Shown here: positions 54,024 to 64,000 of the stretch, one piece after another
How positions within the stretch are numbered: position 1 is the first letter of the stretch
How the letters are laid out: the number at the start of each line of letters is the position of its first letter
Source: Octopus vulgaris
Taxonomy: Eukaryota
Assembly: GCA_951406725.2 (NCBI GenBank)
Contig: OX597823.1
Location: 76,384,001 to 76,448,000, forward strand
Direction: 5' to 3'
DNA length: 64,000 nt
Notes under the pieces: generated by a model
What the model saw: only the letters and a program-made list of their open reading frames with translations
The model's database searches: none
Told to the model about the DNA's origin: nothing
Made by a program: the position numbers and the translations under genes

Positions 54024-55697
54024 ATACAGAGTGCAATGGGTAAATTGTTGCCATTTTATATTTTTAATTTCCAGCCTGCACATTGATTGTTTTTTAGTTT
54101 GTTGACTACACAATTTAGAAGAGTCAGTCGGGCACCGTCTGTGAGAAAAACAGCACCATGATGCAATTCACTCTGCCAGAAATTTGGAAATGACATGCTG
54201 TACTGCTTGGCAATCATATTGAAATCTCCAATATGATTATTTCAGAGTGTTTGAGTGTCAATATAAGGACAAGGCAGTGGATTCAGGGCTAATGGTGATT
54301 ATGAAAATACAGTATCTCGGAAAACTCACTCTGATCATTCTGATGAGAAAAGAACTCCTGAATTTGTTGGGGAGATGCAGGCCATGATTGACAACGATTC
54401 CTCCAAGTCAATCAGGTCCATCACCAGGGACATGGGATTGTCTGAGTTTCTTATCTGGCAGGTAGTGCATGAAGACATTCGGTATTCCTCATACAAGATG
54501 AGAAAGAGCTAATTTTTATCCCAAACTATCATGACAAGAGGAAAGACAAACCTACGAAGCTTTTGAACAAACTCAAGCATCCCCTCCAAACAAACATGCT
54601 TTTGCTTTTCTCAGATGAGAAAAACTTCTACCAGGATCAGATGGTAAACAAGCAGAGCAACCATTAGCTTGTTGCATCCCCAAAACATGTACCGAGTGTG
54701 ATAAAAATTAAACGTCCAGTCAACATCGTGGTATTTGGGGTGATCACTTGTGATGGTGACATTATACCTCCGTTCATCTTCCTACACGACCTCAGACTCA
54801 ACATCAAGTGCCTGGTGGAGTTAGTACTGTCCTGGGTCAAGAGGGTGGCTGGTGGAAGACCCCATGTCTGGCAACAGGACTTTGCACCATGCCACAAAAT
54901 CAGGTAAATCCAATCATAGCTGTCAAACAATTTCTGTGACCACATCACCTTTAACATCGGGCCACCTAACTTCTCACACTGCAACCCCCTTGATTATTAT
55001 GTGTGGGATGCAGCTGAGCAAGAGACCAATAAAACTTCTTGTGACACCAACCAAAGATGAACTGAAAGCAAGAAATTATGGCAACATTTGCCAACTTAAG
55101 GAGACTGTCCAGAAGAGTTGCAGATTCCAAAGTTGCCTGGTTGAAGCCAATTTTATTGAATAAATTTACTTCCTTTTATTCTTTTACTTATTTCAGTCAT
55201 TTGACTACGGCCATGGTGGAGCACCACCTTTAGTTGAATCAAATCGACCCCAGGACTTATTCTTTGTAAGCCTAGTACTTATTCTACTGGTCTCTTTTTC
55301 TGAACCGCTAAGTTACGGGGAGCTAAACACACCAGCATTGGTTGTCAAGCGATGTTGGGGCGACAAACACAGATACACAACATATACACACACATATATA
55401 TGCATATATATGCGACAAGCTTCTTTCAGTTTCCGTCCACCAAATCCACTCACAAGGCTTTGGTCAGCCCAAGGCTACAGTAGAAGACACTTGCTCAAGG
55501 TGCCATGCAGTGGGCTGAACCTGAAACAATGTGGTTGGTAAGCAAGCTATTTACACACAGCCACTCTTGTGCCTATTACTCTTTACTGTTTCAAAATATT
55601 TTTATGTAATTTTGGTAAATATATCTGTTAAAATGAGATGTTAGTATTATTTTAATTTTTGCATAATTTAGACGACAATTTATTCACCATACCCTGT
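54024..55697 (+). mobile_element. Decayed maT/DD37D-like (IS630-Tc1-mariner) transposon, interrupted by SINE A at 55172-55575
   Basis: FSDEKNF, VNIVVFGVITCDGDIIPPFIF, WQQDFAPCH, CNPLDYYVW. Ends TA-cagagtg...taaattgt and acaattta...ccctg-TA (imperfect TIR). Confidence 0.85.
55172..55575 (-). mobile_element. SINE family A nested in the transposon
   Basis: Full-length copy; transposon sequence resumes after it (compare 25897-26052). Confidence 0.85.
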
Positions 55698-56121
55698 ATA
55701 TACATGAATATAGGCGAGTATAAATGTACATGTTTATATGTAATGTAGTCTAAACATCATGCATTGGATGTAACTGAGTATGATTATAATACAATCAAGT
55801 TTGTTCTTTTCCAGTCTTTACTGAAAAACAGGTTTGGTCACAGAAGAATATTACATTTCTTGCTATCGAGCCAGGATTGGTGACAGGTAAAGCATCCAAC
55901 TGTAAAAAAATCTGTCTCAACAAATTCCATCTGACCCACACAAGCATGACAAAAATGGACATGAAATGATGACGATGATGTTGATGATGATAATGATGAT
56001 GATGAGAATGATGACAACAACGATAACGACGACGACGATGATTATGATGATATACATGCTTTCAAATTTACACAAATGTAAATATTTCCGCACATCTTTT
56101 TAAATAATTTTATCAAAATTC

Positions 56122-56518
56122 TTTTCTACTCTAGGCACAGGGCCCAAAATTCTGGGGGAGGGGGTCAGTCGATTACATTGATCCCAGTACGCAACTGGTA
56201 CTTAATTTATCGATTCCAAAAGGATAAAAGGCAAAATAAACCTCAACAGAATTTGAACTCAGAACGTAAGGGCAGACAAAATACCTATTTCTTTACTACC
56301 CACAAGGGGCTAAACACAGAGAGGACAAACAAGGGCAGACAAATGGATTAAGTCCATTATATCGACCCCAGTGCATAACTGGTACTTATTTAATCGACTC
56401 TGAAAGGATGAAAGGCAAAGTCGACCTCAGCGGAATTTGAACTCACAACGTAACGACAGACGAAATACGGATACGCATTTCGCCCGGCATGCTAACGTTT
56501 CTGCCCACCTATCACCTT
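56122..56518 (-). mobile_element. SINE family B composite (head-core-tail1-core-tail2)
   Basis: Same architecture as 8345-8745; junction aaagaaata|ggtattttgtctgccc on the minus strand. Confidence 0.8.
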
Positions 56519-57274
56519 TAAATAATTTACATAATCTTATTTAAATTACCAAAATACAACCTTGTGTATTTTATTTTTTTTATTTCTTTCCCTTTTTCTA
56601 TATTTATACAAATTTTACCATCACATACTCATTCACATTAAATAAAAGTTTATAAAGCACTTAGCTGAACAAGTTTACATGTATGTTATTAAAATGAAAG
56701 TTCCTTCAAAGATTACGTGCTTTAATATTTTTTATGATATTGCAATTGAGTCTTAATATAATTTTATACTATTCACCTTCCTTTACTAACAGGTTTATAC
56801 CTGAGATCAGGCATTAGTGCATTATAATATGTTTAATAAAATTTCTTAAAATTTAACCTGAACTTAATTTAACTTCTCTACAATATTTAAGTGGGTTCCA
56901 TAAGTTCAATATAGAAAAAAAATGACTTAAAACACACTTGATATACACACACATACAAACACATAAATATGCAAAGGAACACACGTAAGAATTTATACTG
57001 GTGATTAAATTTTGTTAAACATGCTGTACATAATAGATTGTGACATATTCTAAGAGAATATATAGCTTAAACATAACTTTTTTTTCTTGTTAGAAAGATA
57101 TATATACTAAAATTTAGTTTTGTTAAGGCTTTTAACGTAACATATATATATGTATACGACATACATTCAACTGAGTTGACTCACACAAACGTATGATATA
57201 AGCAAAAACACCACCACACTCTTAAAAATACACAAATATATGTGTGTGTGTGTGTGTGTGTATACATATCTTAT

Positions 57275-58090
57275 ATCTTTTATCTTTTCACTTCTACTTA
57301 GACTTTTACATAGACTGCAGGCACACTGGAAGACTGCCTTGGAGAACTTTTTTTAGTTGAATAAATTAACCACAGTGCATATTTATTTTTTAAACACGAT
57401 ACTTATTCTATTGGTCTCGTTTGATGAACTGCTAAATTATGGGAGCATAAACACACCAACAATGGTCATCCAGCAATGATGAGAAACAAACACAGACAGA
57501 GTGATATATATACATATATACCACAAGCGTCTTTCAGTTTCCATCTACTAAATCCATTCACTAGGGTTTGGTTAGCCTGAGGCTATAATAAAAGACACTT
57601 GCTCAAAGTGCTACGCAGTGGGACTGAACCCAGAACTATGTGGTTGGGAAACAAGCTACTTACTACACAGCCACATGTGGATCAGGAGTGGCTGTGTGGT
57701 AAGTAGTTTGTTTACCAACCACATGGTTCCAGGTTCAGTCCCACTGCATGGTACCTTGGGCAAGTGTCTTCTACTGTAGCCTTGGGCTGACCAAAAACTT
57801 TTTACTGGATTTGATACATGGAGACTGAAAGAAGCCCGTCATATATGTGTGTGTGTGTGTATGTGTGTGCGTGCATGTTTGTGTGTCTGTGTTTGTCCTT
57901 CCACCATCACTTGACAACTGATGCTGGTGTGTTTACATCCCCGTAACTTAGCAGTTCAGCAAAAGCGGCCGATAAACTAAGTACTAGGCTTACAAGGAAT
58001 AAGTCTTGAGGTCAATTCTTTCGACTAAAGGTAGTGCTCCAGCATGGTCGCAGTTAAATGTCTGAAACAAATAAAAGTGTAAAAAGAGTA
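57275..58090. mobile_element. Two SINE A copies head-to-head (minus 57275-57676, plus 57683-58090)
   Basis: Junction cacagccacatgtggatcaggagtggctgtgtgg. Confidence 0.85.
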
Positions 58091-58735
58091 TTGTTTTGTT
58101 TTCATTGTCTTCCATACTTTCTATGAATGCTTTGAAATATTTACTTATATCTTCAAATTTCTAATCTTTTTAAATTTAATATTGCTCATATTTTATTGTT
58201 GATATCAATCCCTATATTTCATAAATATTATTACAAAATACTTTTATTCAGTTTTAGTTTGTCTTGTTATATTTTTCTCTATGTTTATTATCTTTTATTT
58301 TTGTAGATTTTCGATAATAAATATAACTCTTTTCTTTTATAGTTCTAATAATATCTGCTAGTTACATTTTAATTATATTACTAAAATTCCCTATGTTAGA
58401 AAATATTCTTATTAATCTATATCAATTTCATTATTATATTTGTTTATAATTTTGTCTTAATATTCCTATAACATTGTGTCGAGTTGAGAATTTAGTATTT
58501 AACAAAAACTTTTTTTCACCTGACAATATAGCTTAAATTCTGCATTATTTTTTAAGGACTTTTTGCATTTTGCTTTAATGCAGACATGTAAGTAATGTAT
58601 TCATTATCAAATATAAAAATATAAATTATTTACATGTTTTTAAGTTACAAATCAATTAGTGATATTAGAATTGTCTTATTGTTAAATAAAATTTTATCTC
58701 TATCATTTATTACTTTACATATATATATATATACA

Positions 58736-59304
58736 CACAGACATGCAAGAAGTAAATAGACACCTTTAATTTTCAGAATCTTTTATTTGATATTAACTAG
58801 TTGAAGGAGAGGTTTTCTTCTACTTGCTCATCCATAATACACAAGCGTATGCAGATATGTAACACACATTCTTGGACTAACTTCTAGCTGTTTTGCAATG
58901 TCAGAAGCTTTCAAACAGTGTGTTTTCTAAAATTCTCTTCAAACAGCAAAGCTTCCTTTCTGAGGGCCCGGGTTGGCTGGAACAAGAATCTCTTGATTCT
59001 TTTCCTTGGTCTTTGAATTGCACTATAATTCTATTAACAGTAGCAAAAAGAAATTGAAGATTTTCAGTAATTTTTCACTGGTTAAGACCAGCCTCAGAGT
59101 GCCCAACAATACAACCTCTTTGAAAATCTGACAGTTTTACTTAATTTTTTTGTGTGTTGCATGGTTACTCTTCACAAATGTTTAATATTATGGCATCTGG
59201 AATGAAAAAGAATAATTACATGGTAAATTCTACACCACTGAAAACATTAAGATGCTTACATCAGAAATTTTGAAAATTAAAGGTGTCTATTTACTTCCTG
59301 CATG

Positions 59305-59310
<6 letters not shown>
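58736..59310. mobile_element. MITE-like element with ~40-bp TIRs (Tc1/mariner type)
   Basis: cacagacatgcaagaagtaaatagacacctttaattttca ... tgaaaattaaaggtgtctatttacttcctgcatgtctgtg, within TA/CA repeats; no ORF. Confidence 0.85.
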
Positions 59311-59342
<32 letters not shown>

Positions 59343-59501
59343 AGAAAGATGGTTTGTGAAAGCACGTGGTTGAATATATAGAAAATAGTAAAAAGTGAAA
59401 AAACTACAGAAGGCTTGTTTTAAAAGGTTAAAAAATATATATTTGAGTCAATATGTCTGAAGAATATTATAAATTTTTTTCTTACAGTGACATAGTTTAG
59501 A

Positions 59502-59539
59502 AGAAATGACCGGTTTCGCGTTCAGCTTTTCAAATTTCT
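59502..59539 (-). ncRNA. Minimal hammerhead ribozyme variant (U3-A8) in a PLE-like stub (~59342-59695)
   Basis: Minus strand: agaaat-TTGAAAA-gc(tgaac)gc-GAAA-CCGG-TC-atttct. Confidence 0.6.
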
Positions 59540-59709
59540 AACATCGTTATGTTTATGTTGAGAAGAGTTATCGTTATGTTTATGTTGTGAAGAGTTCTAG
59601 ATAAGGGGAGGTAATGAGGGATTTCTTCCGGTGTAAGGGAGATAATCGCTTAAAATTTTTTTGTCTTTCCTTTGGAGTGAATTTCTCTGTATAAGTATAT
59701 ATATATATC

Positions 59710-59996
59710 ACCGTGACCGACCAGGCTATCAGATGTTGCTACACATCGCTGGTCACAATACACTTCGCATTGTTTTAGCCTTCAAATGAAACCACCCCGC
59801 TGGCTAAGCAAGCAGGCCAACAGAAGAAAGAGAGAGAGAGGAAGTTGTGGTGAAAGAGTACAGCAGGGATCGCCACCACCCCTGCTGGAGCCACATGGAG
59901 CTTTAGGTGTTTTCGCTCAATAAACACTCATAGTGCCCGGTCTGGGAATCGAAACTGCGATCCTACAACTGCGAGTCTGCTGCCCTAACCACTTGG
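59710..59996 (-). mobile_element. tRNA-derived SINE family C-type
   Basis: Minus-strand head agtggttagggcagcagactcgcagttg...gtttcgattcccagacc; body shared with 34310-34692. Confidence 0.75.
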
Positions 59997-61109
59997 GTAT
60001 ACAATCCAATCTGGTATTATACAGGTTAAAGTGCTTTTACAGCCTATGGCTACCTGATGTCATCAACAATATGGATATAAACTCATTGGATCTACCTCGG
60101 AAATTCCTCAGAATACAAATGAGTGAAGGAGAAAATGGAATTCATGAGACTTTTTCTAAATCACAACAATCATCTCAACCCATCTTGCATTGGTGGAATA
60201 CTGTACAACTAGTTATGGAACATCCTCCGGTAAAGTGTGTATCTCGTTAAGTGACTTATCAAAAGGTACCTTGCTCAATAAACTTGGTTTCGCTTGGTTC
60301 AATTATAATGCATGTCATTATTTGCCTGCAACAGGTTGCACACAGATTTTGTGACTTGGATTGACATGGAATGGAAACAGGTACTACATCAGTCACATGA
60401 AGAGACACATTTGCTCTGAAGGATGCACCACAACTAGTTGTACAGTATTCTCACCCACAAGGGACCAATGAAAGGTGGGTTGAAACAATCACCTGAGACT
60501 AGGTTTCTGGTTACTGCAGAGAGCAGGTATGTGATTCAAGCTTCTGGGAATGTACACAGTTTCCTCATTGGGCTTCCTTTAAGGGTAGTGCTTGCTTGTT
60601 TTGGGGCAAACATGCACAGACTCATGTATTTATATACAAATACAAAAATGTACATACTTAGGCACACACAACTATACACACATTTTAAACATTTTCATGC
60701 AAGCATACATATACAGTGGGCACTAATGCACAGGTATTTGCATTTGCACACACACACACACACACATACAAGCGTGTATGCACATACAGAAGCATGCACA
60801 CAGACTTGTCAGCCTTGTTTCTCTCAGCATTCAAGTCCCTTGAAAACCCATTTGATACCAAGGTGTCATTGGCCTCCTGTCCAGCCATGTAGTTCAATAA
60901 ATTCTCCTTCCTAATGCATGTAGTGACTCTGAAATGCCAATCTCACTTCTAATAATACCATGTGATTCACCTTGATCAATAGCAGCACGTCAGCCATCAT
61001 GGGCTGCATGTATTTCTCCATTTGGTAATCTGAGCTTGAACTAGCTAAGTTTTTCTGTAAGAAGCCTGTGAAACTTTAAGTTTCATGAATCCAAACCAAA
61101 CTCTTTTAG

Positions 61110-61155
<46 letters not shown>

Positions 61156-61187
61156 TGATGATGATGATAATAATAATAATAATAATA

Positions 61188-61234
<47 letters not shown>

Positions 61235-61239
61235 AATAG

Positions 61240-61410
61240 AACAAATAGGGACTGCAATAAGGGTGGAACAGTTGAAGAAAACAGCACTGCTTGGAACTGC
61301 TCAGATACCCCAGAAGGTGCTTTAAAAATAACAGATGTTATCTTTGTTCACTGGTAGTGAACAGCTGACACCGTAGTTCATCTCCAGCATTAGAAGCTGT
61401 GCGAAGACAA
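61240..61410 (+). mobile_element. Third R4/Dong-like 3' stub
   Basis: IRVEQLKKTALLGTAQIPQKVL* resembles the R4/Dong ORF end (LQK..LLGTA.ILRKVL); flanked by (TAA/TGA)n. Confidence 0.6.
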
Positions 61411-61464
61411 TAATGATGATGACGATAATGATATGGTGTTTGTGTGTGTGTGTGTGTGTGTGTG

Positions 61465-61600
61465 CAGGAAAGAAATGCAGTGATATACATCTGGAAAATC
61501 AAGGAAGGAAAATCATAGTACCAAACTTTGGCATCAGAATGGAGGGACTTGTATGGGATGGATATAGATGTCTTCAAAACAACAAGATTGGATCTCTTCC
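61465..61600 (+). mobile_element. CR1-group LINE fragment
   Basis: RNAVIYIWKI.EG / IVPNFGI / DLYGMDIDVFK, resembling the ORF2 C-terminus RRERY.IIY.WKI.EG.VPN. Confidence 0.5.
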
Positions 61601-61906
61601 CATTTAGAGTTTTGGATTAATCTACCTCTTGGCAAGAAATGTAATTGTGGGAAGCAACATCGAATTTCATCATTCACCAAATGCCACATATCAGAGGAAG
61701 ATGATCTTGTTCCAAATGCTTTAAAAGTGCAAAGTAAACAAATGATTTGTTGACAGAAGAACTGGCAGTAACAATATTGCCTGTGCACTGTAATATTTTC
61801 ATGGAAGTGACCAAGAGCTAAACAAATATATAGACACACACATAAGCATACGTATGTACAAGTATATATATACACACAGGCACAATTGTTCATTTATATG
61901 TATATA

Positions 61907-62180
61907 TGAGTGAACTAGAGCAATGTGAAATAAAGTGTCTTGCTCAAGAACACAACATAGCCTGGTCCGGGAATCAAACTCACTCACTATCTCATGTTTG
62001 TGAGCCCGGACGTCACTAGTGCCAAGCTGTATCAGTCTTTGCCTTTCCCTTGGATAACATCAGTGGTATGGACAAGGGAGGCTGGTATGCATGGGCGACT
62101 GCTGGCCTTCCATAAGCAACCTTGCATGAACTTATCCCTGAATTCTAGATGCAATGCCATTCATCACTGAAGGGGGTCTT
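61907..62180. mobile_element. SINE with 5' half inverted relative to 3' half
   Basis: 61907-62009 is the reverse complement of the head of 49988-50305; 62010-62180 is its tail in direct orientation. Confidence 0.75.
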
Positions 62181-62309
62181 TATTCTATGTGTATATTTAT
62201 GTGCCGTCAGTAATTACTCAGGGTGGGCAATTCGGCAATCTTTATATAGTAAGACACACAAAAAATAAGCGAAGCACAGGCACATGACTCAGTTGAAGAC
62301 AGATTTACT

Positions 62310-62611
62310 TCCTGATTATTATGTGTGGGGCACAGTTGAGCGAGAGACCAACAATACTTCTTGTAACACTAACCAAAGATGAAATGAAAACAATGATTAT
62401 GGCAGTATTTACCAACTTAAACAAGGAGACCCATCAAGTAGATTGGGAGAAGATTCTGAAGTCCGTGGTTGAAGCCAATGGCGATTTCATTGAATAAATT
62501 TGCTCTTCAGTATTTCAAGATATTTTTATGTAATTTTGGTATCCATTAAAATGAGACATCAGTGTTATTTTCATTTTTGTGCAATTTAGACAACAGTTTA
62601 TTCACTGAAGC

Positions 62612-62684
<73 letters not shown>

Positions 62685-63052
62685 CTGAAGGCAAGGATTA
62701 TAGTAGCATTCACCAACTTAAACAATGGAGGCATAATTTTGCCATCACTTGTGATCGCTACAAACTCCATGATGTTGACTGGATGTTTGGTTTTTATCAC
62801 TCTCAGCACATGCACCATCCTCAGATTAACACTCAATGACTCTGAAATGTCTGTATTGGAGCTTCCTGTGCGAATGCCAAGTAGTACAGCGTATCATTTC
62901 CAAATTTCTGGCAGAGTGAATTGTCACATAGTGCTGTTTTTCTCACAGATGGTACACAACTGAGCCTACTATATTGTGTAGTCGACAAAATCCAAAACAA
63001 ACAATGTACTTGCATGAAATATGAAATATAAAATTACGACAATTTATCCTGT
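62310..63052. mobile_element. Rearranged maT/DD37D-like fragments
   Basis: 62310-62615 is a plus-strand 3' end. ~62725-63052 is a minus-strand 5' end with internal deletion (KTKHPVNIMEFVAITSDGKIMPPLF). Confidence 0.75.
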
Positions 63053-63063
63053 ATATGTGTATA

Positions 63064-63096
<33 letters not shown>

Positions 63097-63097
63097 C

Positions 63098-63560
63098 ATA
63101 AATATTAGAGAGTGACCACTATGTGTTTCACTCTAGTGCTAAAAATAGCTTCGCTAATGGTATAGCCACTCATTTATAAATTTAATTATACTGCAGTAAA
63201 TATTTTATGCAGTACTCGTTTCCAGTAAGTCTTATCGCTCTTTTGGCGGGGAAATTTGAATCATAACTACGAATACAATCGATTAAACCACACGTGTATT
63301 TGACGCTCACTGCGACTTAATAAATTGTATTTAAGACAAACCTCTGCTGAAGATTTATGGATGTTGTGTAAGTAAAATTGCATTTACATTAATAATGAAA
63401 CAATTGTTCAGGGTTAATCTATTTTTCCGTTGTGTTTCACTTACCTTACGTTAAATGTAGTGGTATTTCTTCTTGGAAACAACTTTTAGTGGCTATACCA
63501 TTAGCAGAACTATTTTTAGCACTAGAGTGAACCACATAGTGGTCACACTCTAATATTTAT
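63098..63560. mobile_element. Element with ~73-bp terminal inverted repeats
   Basis: ataaatattagagagtgaccactatgtg...tggtatagccact (63098-63170) matches the reverse complement at 63488-63560. Confidence 0.8.
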
Positions 63561-63636
63561 GTATAAATTTGTATTTTTCCCTTGGTTTTTATGTGCTAAG
63601 CCACTTGGTGTTAAATTGATGGTATTATTAAATTTA

Positions 63637-63867
63637 AGGCGGCGAGCTGGCAGAAACGTTAGCACGCCGGGCGAAATGCTTAGCGGTATTTCGTCTGCGT
63701 TACGTTGTGAGTTCAAATTCCGCCGAGGTCGACTTTGCCTTTCATCCTTTCGGGGTCGATAAATCAAGTACCAGTTACGCACTGGGGTCGATGTAATCGA
63801 CTTAATACCTATGTCTGTCCTTGTTTGTCCCCTCTGTGTTTAGCCCCTTGTGGGTAATAAAGAAATA
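63637..63867 (+). mobile_element. SINE family B, full length, with 14-bp TSD
   Basis: ggtattattaaatt at 63621-63634 and 63868-63881. Confidence 0.9.
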
Positions 63868-63909
63868 GGTATTATTAAATTAATATCAAATTTTTCACCC
63901 TCATTTATA

Positions 63910-63946
<37 letters not shown>

Positions 63947-63953
63947 ATGTGTT

Positions 63954-63984
<31 letters not shown>

Positions 63985-64000
63985 GTATATACACACACAC

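Noticed and set aside
53926-54037. Plus-strand exon candidate QLQSYSDPNSLTNGNVKPCVEVC...
   Set aside because: The putative donor lies within the transposon terminus, and there is no homology I can recognise.
59933-60250. 105-aa ORF or plus-strand exon
   Set aside because: Begins inside a SINE; no recognisable domain; splice signals only moderate.

Overview
AT-rich, microsatellite-dense eukaryotic DNA with no confidently identifiable host protein-coding gene. It is intronic or intergenic in character. The SINE repertoire and (TA)n/(TAA)n/(TACA)n density resemble octopus (coleoid cephalopod) genomes; this is inferred from recalled repeat sequences, not verified. Most listed ORFs are microsatellite artefacts. 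Real content: (1) a 5'-truncated Penelope-like retroelement (PLE) at 22620-25380 with RT, a frameshifted C-terminal GIY-YIG endonuclease, a type I hammerhead ribozyme and an inverted pLTR piece, its motifs resembling the Naiad clade; (2) several other PLE stubs with minimal hammerheads, including a U3-A8 compensatory core variant; (3) three R4/Dong-like 3' fragments and a ~540-bp non-coding retroposon family, all abutting (TAA)n-type tracts; (4) decayed mariner, maT/DD37D-like and Tc1 transposons plus MITEs; (5) RTE and CR1 fragments; (6) at least four SINE-like families, often nested or in inverted pairs that could form long dsRNA. Coordinates were read by eye and may be off by a few bases.
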